A stretch of 32,000 bases of DNA from Bellilinea caldifistulae. Its GTDB lineage: Bacteria; Chloroflexota; Anaerolineae; Anaerolineales; Anaerolineaceae. Shown here piece after piece: positions 26,389-32,000 of the stretch (the first letter of the stretch is position 1; every line of letters starts with the position of its first letter). The notes under the pieces are model-generated. The model was not told where the DNA came from. It made no database searches and saw only the letters and a list, made by a program, of their open reading frames with translations. Where the stretch lies: contig NZ_LGHJ01000020.1 of NCBI RefSeq assembly GCF_001306055.1, positions 60,001-92,000 on the forward strand, in the 5' to 3' direction. The position numbers and the translations under genes were made by a program.

Positions 26389-26407
26389 AGAACGGTGGAA
26401 ACAATCT

Positions 26408-28867
26408 TTAAGCAGGCTGTTTGACTTCCACTTCCTCTTTTTGGAAGGACAATTGATTGTCGCCCTTCTGATAATCAATGATGACGCGGTCACCCCGCTG
26501 GAACTGGCCGGAAAGAACGGCGATGGAGAGCGGGCTTTCGACGTGTTTTTGGAGGGCGCGTCGCAGCGGTCGGGCGCCAAAAGCTGGGTCATAGCCGACT
26601 TCCGCCAGCCATTTACGGGCAGCATCGGTCAAAACCACATCCAACCCATGTTCTTTGAGCCGTTCGCTGACTTCTTTCATTTGCAGATCAACAATCTGGT
26701 ACATCTGCTCCAGTTTGAGCGGTGAGAACATGATGATCTCGTCAATCCGGTTGAGAAATTCGGGGCGGAAGGTGCTTTTGAGGGCTTTCTGAATTTTCTC
26801 GTGTTGAGCGCGGTTCTCGTCACTCGAATCTTCGCTCAAAAAGCCCAATGTACCGCCCTGACGCACAAATTCGGTGCCAAGATTGCTGGTCATGATCAGA
26901 ACCGTGTTGCGGAAGTCAACGACCTGCCCCTGACCGTCCGTCAAACGGCCGTCATCCAGAATCTGGAGTAGTGCGTTCCACACCTCGGGGTGAGCTTTTT
27001 CGATTTCGTCGAACAAAACCACCCGATAGGGCCGGCGGCGGACGGCCTCGGTTAACTGACCACCTTCCTCGTATCCGACGTAACCGGGCGGTGCACCAAA
27101 CAGCCGCGAGACGGTGTGTTGTTCACGGTATTCGCTCATGTCCAGACGCACAAGTGCATCCTCGTCACCGAACAGGAATTCGGCCAGGGCTTTAGCCAGT
27201 TCGGTTTTGCCAACACCGGATGGGCCGATAAAGATGAATGATCCAATTGGCCGGCGCGGGTCTTTCAGTCCGGCTCGGGCGCGGCGAATGGCATCTGAAA
27301 TGGCATGAATGGCTTCTTCCTGCCCGACTACCCGCTCGCTCAGCCGTTCTTCCATGTGTAACAGGCGTTCGGCCTCCGATTCCATCATCTGGCTCACGGG
27401 GATGCCCGTCCATTGAGCGACAACCTGAGCGATGTCATCTACATCAACAACCTCATCAAGTTTATGCTCGGCTTCCCATTTATCGCGCAACTGGTTGAAT
27501 TCGGTCTCGAGGCGCAAACGTTCGGCTTTTTTGCGCGCGGCGCGTTCGTAATCGCGTTCGATGCCGGCCTGTTCCTCTTCAGCGCGTAATTTTTCGATTT
27601 CGGTTTTCATCTCTTTCAATTCAGGCGGCAGAGAGAACAAAGCCACGCGCAATTTAGCAGCGGCCTCGTCCATCAGATCAATGGCTTTGTCCGGCAAGTG
27701 ACGGTCGGTCACATACTGAGCAGAAAGTCGCGCGGCAGCAACCAGGGCATCATCGGAAAAGTGCACTTTATGATGGGCTTCATATCGATCGCGAAGCCCC
27801 ATCAGCATTTTGATGGTGTCTTCCACGGTGGGCTCATCCACATAAACCGGGGCAAAACGGCGTTCCAGAGCCGAGTCCTTTTCGATGTGCTTATGGTACT
27901 CATCCAGCGTGGTTGCGCCGATGCACTGCAGCTCACCGCGAGCCAGCGCCGGCTTGAGCATGTTCGAGGCATCCATTGCTCCCTGGGCAGCCCCGGCGCC
28001 GACTACGGTGTGCAATTCATCAATGAAGAGGATGATCTCACCCTCTGATCGTTGCACCTCTTCAATGGCGGCTTTCAGGCGCTCTTCAAATTCACCGCGA
28101 AAACGGCTTCCCGCAATCATTGCGCCAAGGTCTAGTGAGACCACCCGCTTGCCCATTAAGATTTCGGGTACATCATTGCTGGCAATTTTCTGCGCCAGAC
28201 CTTCTACAATAGCGGTCTTGCCGACCCCGGCTTCGCCGATTAGAACCGGGTTGTTTTTCGTGCGTCGCGAGAGGATTTGCATCACCCGGCGAATTTCATT
28301 ATCCCGACCGATGACCGGATCCAGTTTGCCTTCACGGGCCAGTTGGGTCAAATCCCGCGAGTATTTTTCCAGGGTTCGGTAACGGGTTTCGGCTTGTGGG
28401 TCGGTTACCCGTTGACCGCCGCGCAACTGCATAATGGCATCCAGCACCCGCTCGCGGGTGAGGCCGTTGCTTTCCAGAAGACGGGCAGCCGGTGTGTTCC
28501 GCTCACTGAGAATCGCCAAGAAGATGTGCTCGGTTGAGATGTATTCATCCTTAAGGCGGCTGGCCTCTTCGTTTGCCAGATCCACAATCCGTTTGACACG
28601 CGGCGTGATGAAGATCTGGCCGGCTCCACCGCCAAAAATGCTGGCTTTGGGGCTGGTGCGCAAGATGTAATCCAGCCGATCGGCGAGCATGTTCGGGTCA
28701 ACCTTCAAAATTTCCAAAATTTGAGAGATGACCCCTTGTGGTTGTTCAATTAAAGCGAGCAGAATGTGCTCGGTATCAATCTGATTATGGCCGTAGCGCT
28801 GAATAATTTCCGCAGCGCGTTGAGCGGCTTCCTGAGCTCTTTCGGTAAAACGATCAAATCGCATCAT
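26408..28867 (-). CDS. clpC: ATP-dependent Clp protease ATP-binding subunit ClpC (class I AAA+)
   Basis: Clp N repeats ([11 protein letters not shown]..., [13 protein letters not shown]...). Walker [16 protein letters not shown] and [15 protein letters not shown]. Short middle region with UVR-like [14 protein letters not shown] tripeptide (GTLGFLS). At 819 aa it fits ClpC rather than ClpB. Confidence 0.9.
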   Translation of the reverse strand: MMRFDRFTERAQEAAQRAAEIIQRYGHNQIDTEHILLALIEQPQGVISQILEILKVDPNMLADRLDYILRTSPKASIFGGGAGQIFITPRVKRIVDLANEEASRLKDEYISTEHIFLAILSERNTPAARLLESNGLTRERVLDAIMQLRGGQRVTDPQAETRYRTLEKYSRDLTQLAREGKLDPVIGRDNEIRRVMQILSRRTKNNPVLIGEAGVGKTAIVEGLAQKIASNDVPEILMGKRVVSLDLGAMIAGSRFRGEFEERLKAAIEEVQRSEGEIILFIDELHTVVGAGAAQGAMDASNMLKPALARGELQCIGATTLDEYHKHIEKDSALERRFAPVYVDEPTVEDTIKMLMGLRDRYEAHHKVHFSDDALVAAARLSAQYVTDRHLPDKAIDLMDEAAAKLRVALFSLPPELKEMKTEIEKLRAEEEQAGIERDYERAARKKAERLRLETEFNQLRDKWEAEHKLDEVVDVDDIAQVVAQWTGIPVSQMMESEAERLLHMEERLSERVVGQEEAIHAISDAIRRARAGLKDPRRPIGSFIFIGPSGVGKTELAKALAEFLFGDEDALVRLDMSEYREQHTVSRLFGAPPGYVGYEEGGQLTEAVRRRPYRVVLFDEIEKAHPEVWNALLQILDDGRLTDGQGQVVDFRNTVLIMTSNLGTEFVRQGGTLGFLSEDSSDENRAQHEKIQKALKSTFRPEFLNRIDEIIMFSPLKLEQMYQIVDLQMKEVSERLKEHGLDVVLTDAARKWLAEVGYDPAFGARPLRRALQKHVESPLSIAVLSGQFQRGDRVIIDYQKGDNQLSFQKEEVEVKQPA

Positions 28868-28911
28868 AGTTCGTTATCCTTCAATTATGGTTAAACAATG
28901 CCTTCGTTGGA

Positions 28912-28920
28912 ATTATAGCA
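28912..28920 (-). promoter_or_regulatory. Extended -10 promoter candidate for clpC
   Basis: Minus strand reads TGcTATAAT (28920-28912), about 45 nt upstream of the ATG. No convincing -35 element. Confidence 0.3.
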
Positions 28921-29000
28921 TCGCCTTTGTCAGTATTTTACAAATAGTGTATAAGAAATCTATCATCATTTTAGTTTTTCTGAGGGGCGAAAACAAGCAC

Positions 29001-30167
29001 TTAATCACGGGTGTACACTATTCTGCCTTCCACCATCGTAAAGAGGATATTTCCATCCTCATCCATCAGAAACAGGTCAGCGTCTTTACCGGGTTCCAGA
29101 CTGCCTTTCTGGTGGGCAATCCCGATTGTGCGGGCTGGATAAAGAGAAGCGCTCAAAATCGCCTCTTCCAGCGGTGCGCCGGTTGCATTGACAAAGTTGT
29201 GGAGGGCTTTCTCAAGCGTCAAGCCGCTGCCTGCCAGTGTGCCATCCAATAAAGCGACCTTGCCTTGTTTAACCTGCACCGGACGATTGTCCAGAATATA
29301 CTGACCATCCGGCAGGCCGGTTACACGGGTGCTGTCGGAAATCAGCACAATCCCTTCACAGCTGCGCAGTTGATAAAGGATGCGCTGGGCAACGGGGTGG
29401 ACGTGGATGTTATCAGCAATCAGCTCGCAGCGCAGTTCGGGCATGGTCAGACCGGCACCCACGACGCCGGGTTCACGATGATGAAGCGGGCTCATGGCAT
29501 TAAAGCAATGGGTCAGCAGTCTTACTCCCCGCTCAACAGCAACTTGCATTTGCTCGTAGGTTGCGCTGGTATGACCGGCGGCGACGGTAATGCCCCGCGA
29601 AACGCAGGCGTCAATCAACCAGAAGTTTTCGGGGAATTCCGGTGCCAGTGAAACTACCTTAACCATTTCGTGCTGGATGAGAGAAAGGGCTTCTTCATGG
29701 TCGGTTGCCTGACGGATGAATTGAATGGCTTGCGCACCGGCGCGATTGGGATTCATGTAAGGGCCTTCCAGGTAGGCGCCTAATAAGGCTGCGCCATTGC
29801 GGATGCGCCCATAGGCATTCCCAATCGCATCCAAAGCCTTGAGCAAGGCGGCCTGGGGGGCTGCCCAGGTTGCAGCCAGGAAAGAGGTCACTCCATGTTG
29901 AACCAGAAATTGAGCAATCTCTTCAATGGCGTGCAGGTCAGCGTCCATGAATTCAAAGCCCATTGCGCCATGAATATGTAAATCCATCAGACCGGGAAGC
30001 AGGTGATTTTGACCGGCATCCAGTTTCTCCTGGGCTTTTTGCATCTCGGTTGCCGGTGGTTGACCGTGCCCCAAACGAGAAATCGTACGATTTTCAACTA
30101 CAATCCAGCCGGGGGATAAGATTTCATTCGGCGTATAAATTCGGGCATTCCAAATTAATGTTCCCAT
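29001..30167 (-). CDS. nagA: N-acetylglucosamine-6-phosphate deacetylase
   Basis: LLPGLMDLHIHGAMGFEFMD, AAGHTSATYEQ and THCFNAMSPLHHREPGVVGA blocks. ATG 30167 (MGTLIWNARIY) with GAGGAA upstream is preferred over the track start 30341. Confidence 0.85.
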   Translation of the reverse strand: MGTLIWNARIYTPNEILSPGWIVVENRTISRLGHGQPPATEMQKAQEKLDAGQNHLLPGLMDLHIHGAMGFEFMDADLHAIEEIAQFLVQHGVTSFLAATWAAPQAALLKALDAIGNAYGRIRNGAALLGAYLEGPYMNPNRAGAQAIQFIRQATDHEEALSLIQHEMVKVVSLAPEFPENFWLIDACVSRGITVAAGHTSATYEQMQVAVERGVRLLTHCFNAMSPLHHREPGVVGAGLTMPELRCELIADNIHVHPVAQRILYQLRSCEGIVLISDSTRVTGLPDGQYILDNRPVQVKQGKVALLDGTLAGSGLTLEKALHNFVNATGAPLEEAILSASLYPARTIGIAHQKGSLEPGKDADLFLMDEDGNILFTMVEGRIVYTRD

Positions 30168-30308
30168 ATAATTGTTCCTCACCGCTTTGGTTAAGTTGAT
30201 TGTAATCCGAAAACGAAAAGGTTTGTATTTTGGGGAGGGCGGAATTGGAAAACGGACCCATATGCTGAGCGGGTTTTCAAGCGCCGATAAGCGGTGTACA
30301 ATTTTGTT

Positions 30309-31271
30309 ATGGACGTTGCCCTGCTTTCTTCCCGCCAACATATCCGTCCGCTACGCAGCCGAAAAGATATTCTGGCAGTGGCCGATTTAATTGAGATTTG
30401 CTTTGCCGATCATATGGATGTGGATGGGAGAGAGTACATTCGTTATCTGCGGCGCTTCGCTGTACCGGATGAAGGTCTGGCCGGTAAACTTTTGGAGCCG
30501 TTTCAAGTACCGGTGCGAGGATTGGTCTGGGAGGAAGATGGTCAAATTGTCGGCAACCTGAGCCTGATCTCGTTCAACAGGCAAGGGAAACGCTACACTC
30601 TGATTGCCAATGTAGCCACTCACCCGGCTTATCGTCGGCGTGGAATTGCCCGCCACCTGACCGAAACCGCTTTGCAGCAAATTCGCGAGCGGGGAGAAAA
30701 TGAAGCCTGGTTGCATGTCCGCGAGGATAACCCGGCAGCCATTCAATTGTACCGGTCCCTGGGTTTTGAGGAACGATGCCGGCGCACCAGCTGGATGTGG
30801 GAACCGCACTCCGGATTTCTGCCAAAAGTCAACCATGAAAAAATTCGGATTGTATCTCGCCAGCCCGGCGATTGGCCGCATCAAAACCGCTGGTTGGATG
30901 AAGTCTATCCGGCAGAAATAACCTGGAACCTTCCGTTGGATAAAAACCGCCTGAAACCCAATTTCTGGAAGGACTTGTGGAACTGGTTGAATGGTGGCGA
31001 AGCCTTGCACCTTTCGGCACGTTGGATTGATCATTTGGTGGGCGTGGCTTCCTGGCAGCCGACTTCGGCTTACGCGGATATGATCTGGTTGGCTGCCGCA
31101 GCCGAACACGAAGATGAAGTCATTCCGGTCTTGTTGTCAGCAGCCGGCAGGCGGCTGCATAATGGAAGACCTCTGGCGGTTAACTATCCTGCGCAACGGG
31201 CAACGGAGGGTTTCCGCCGGGCCGGCTTTCAAGCGCATGTTACCTTGATCTGGATGCGTATCCAACTTTGA
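30309..31271 (+). CDS. GNAT-family N-acetyltransferase with an extra C-terminal GNAT-like domain
   Basis: N-terminal domain has the acetyl-CoA motif YRRRGIARHLTETAL...LHVREDNPAAIQLYRSLGFEE. C-terminal half ends ...ATEGFRRAGFQAHV. ATG 30309 is preferred over the GTG at 30294; the start is uncertain. Confidence 0.7.
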   Translation: MDVALLSSRQHIRPLRSRKDILAVADLIEICFADHMDVDGREYIRYLRRFAVPDEGLAGKLLEPFQVPVRGLVWEEDGQIVGNLSLISFNRQGKRYTLIANVATHPAYRRRGIARHLTETALQQIRERGENEAWLHVREDNPAAIQLYRSLGFEERCRRTSWMWEPHSGFLPKVNHEKIRIVSRQPGDWPHQNRWLDEVYPAEITWNLPLDKNRLKPNFWKDLWNWLNGGEALHLSARWIDHLVGVASWQPTSAYADMIWLAAAAEHEDEVIPVLLSAAGRRLHNGRPLAVNYPAQRATEGFRRAGFQAHVTLIWMRIQL

Positions 31272-31290
31272 TATGGTAAAGGAGGAGAAA

Positions 31291-31671
31291 ATGAAAAAAT
31301 TGTTAATCCGGCTGGCAATCAACGCTGTGGCTCTGTATGCAGCAGTTGCCTTGTTGAAGGATTCTTATATCTTTCCGAACGATCCGGATAACTGGCTCAG
31401 TTTTATCTGGCTGGCATTGATCTTTGGGGTGGTCAACGCCGTCATCCGGCCCATTCTGATGGTGATGAGCTGCCCGCTGATCATTTTGACGCTGGGATTA
31501 GGCACCCTGCTGATCAATACGTTGATGTTTGTTCTTGCCGGCTGGATTGGTACCCAGTTCGGTGTGGGATTTGAAGTCAACGGTTTCTGGGGGGCATTTT
31601 TTGGCGCATTAATCACCAGTGTGGTCAGTTTCGTACTGAGCCAGTTGTTCCGGGACGAGTTGAAGAAATAG
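31291..31671 (+). CDS. Small four-TM membrane protein, DUF360 / phage-holin-family-4-like
   Basis: MKKLLIRLAINAVALYAAVALL...VVNAVIRPILMVMSCPLIILTLGLGTLLINTLMFVLAGWI. ATG 31291 is preceded by AAAGGAGGAG. Confidence 0.65.
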   Translation: MKKLLIRLAINAVALYAAVALLKDSYIFPNDPDNWLSFIWLALIFGVVNAVIRPILMVMSCPLIILTLGLGTLLINTLMFVLAGWIGTQFGVGFEVNGFWGAFFGALITSVVSFVLSQLFRDELKK

Positions 31672-31681
31672 CCTGCAAAAA

Positions 31682-31718
31682 GTAACCGTCCGCCGAAAAA
31701 GGCGGGCGGTTACTTTTT
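31682..31718. terminator. Bidirectional rho-independent terminator between convergent genes
   Basis: gtaaccgtccgcc (31682-31694) pairs with ggcgggcggttac (31701-31713), 13 bp with one G-U pair, followed by TTTTT. AAAAA in the loop side serves the other strand. Confidence 0.7.
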
Positions 31719-31729
31719 AAGTTAGATTT

Positions 31730-32000
31730 TTATGGCAAAGTGAATCGAAGGACAACACGATTGGCAGCGTCACTGACCCAAACATGACCGTCCTTGTCCA
31801 CGGCGACCCCGGCTGCCAGGCCAAATCCGTCAATACCGGGGCTGTAATCACCCCATGTACGCACAAACTGGCCTTCCTCGGTAAACTGGATCACGCGGTA
31901 GCCTTCGGGGTCGGTGACAAAGACACTGCCTCGGTTGTCCACGGCAATATAGGGTTTGTTTTCCAGCGATTGACCAAACCAGCCAAAAATGTCCCAGGAG
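31730..32000 (-). CDS. NHL-repeat beta-propeller protein, C-terminal part (continues beyond the right window edge)
   Basis: The frame is open from nt 32000 (SWDIFGWFGQSLENKPYIAVDNRGSVFVTDPEGYRVIQF...GVAVDKDGHVWVSDAANRVVLRF). The repeated xVxVD..GxxxVxD..NxRVxxF pattern is typical of NHL blades. The track 'start' at 31942 is an internal GTG. Confidence 0.6.
   Translation of the reverse strand, partial: SWDIFGWFGQSLENKPYIAVDNRGSVFVTDPEGYRVIQFTEEGQFVRTWGDYSPGIDGFGLAAGVAVDKDGHVWVSDAANRVVLRFTLP

Noticed and set aside
28868-29000. A CtsR operator (tandem GGTCAAA heptads) upstream of clpC.
   Set aside because: Only a single TTTGTCA-like heptad is present and it does not match the consensus repeat. 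No direct repeat was found.
1-32000. CRISPR arrays, tandem repeats, IS elements, toxin-antitoxin pairs or known defence cassettes anywhere in the window.
   Set aside because: Reading both strands, I saw no regularly spaced direct repeats, no transposase-, integrase- or recombinase-like ORFs, and no small two-gene modules. All intergenic regions are under 400 bp and are explained by promoters or terminators.

Overview
This is a compact bacterial chromosomal segment with about 25 protein genes and one tRNA-Gly(UCC). I found no CRISPR array, transposase, integrase or recognisable defence cassette. GC is roughly 50% by eye, but a GC-rich left end and a few AT-rich genes and intergenic regions stand out. 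Gene content (LuxR-Kelch, NHL, BMP-type ABC transporter, M32 carboxypeptidase) is reminiscent of Chloroflexota/Anaerolineae, which is only a guess.

Gene order, left to right:
- Tail of an unknown ORF, coupled to an archaeal-type family B DNA polymerase.
- ADP-forming acyl-CoA synthetase, then an OsmC-like gene.
- Orphan methyl-accepting chemotaxis protein.
- A minus-strand operon: BMP-family ABC transporter, two-subunit molybdenum hydroxylase, and a cytosine-deaminase-like amidohydrolase.
- Membrane-anchored LuxR-Kelch regulator, then tRNA-Gly.
- Lipoprotein, M32 carboxypeptidase, lytic transglycosylase, MA-clan metallopeptidase.
- treS, LMW-PTP, gmd, clpC, nagA, a tandem-GNAT protein, a DUF360 holin-like protein, and a partial NHL-repeat protein.

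Most interesting signals:
1. The two OsmC-like ORF fragments are one gene. A single in-frame TGA sits exactly at the catalytic Cys position and is followed by an fdhF-like SECIS hairpin, so I predict a selenoprotein.
2. The family B polymerase has decayed exonuclease motifs and altered polymerase motifs. It sits in a GC-rich block and overlaps a partner ORF that is cut by the window edge.
3. A Mo-hydroxylase without an FAD subunit is embedded in a nucleoside-type ABC operon.
4. A LuxR HTH - TM - Kelch propeller forms a one-component regulator.

Everything rests on manual reading of the sequence; no searches were run.
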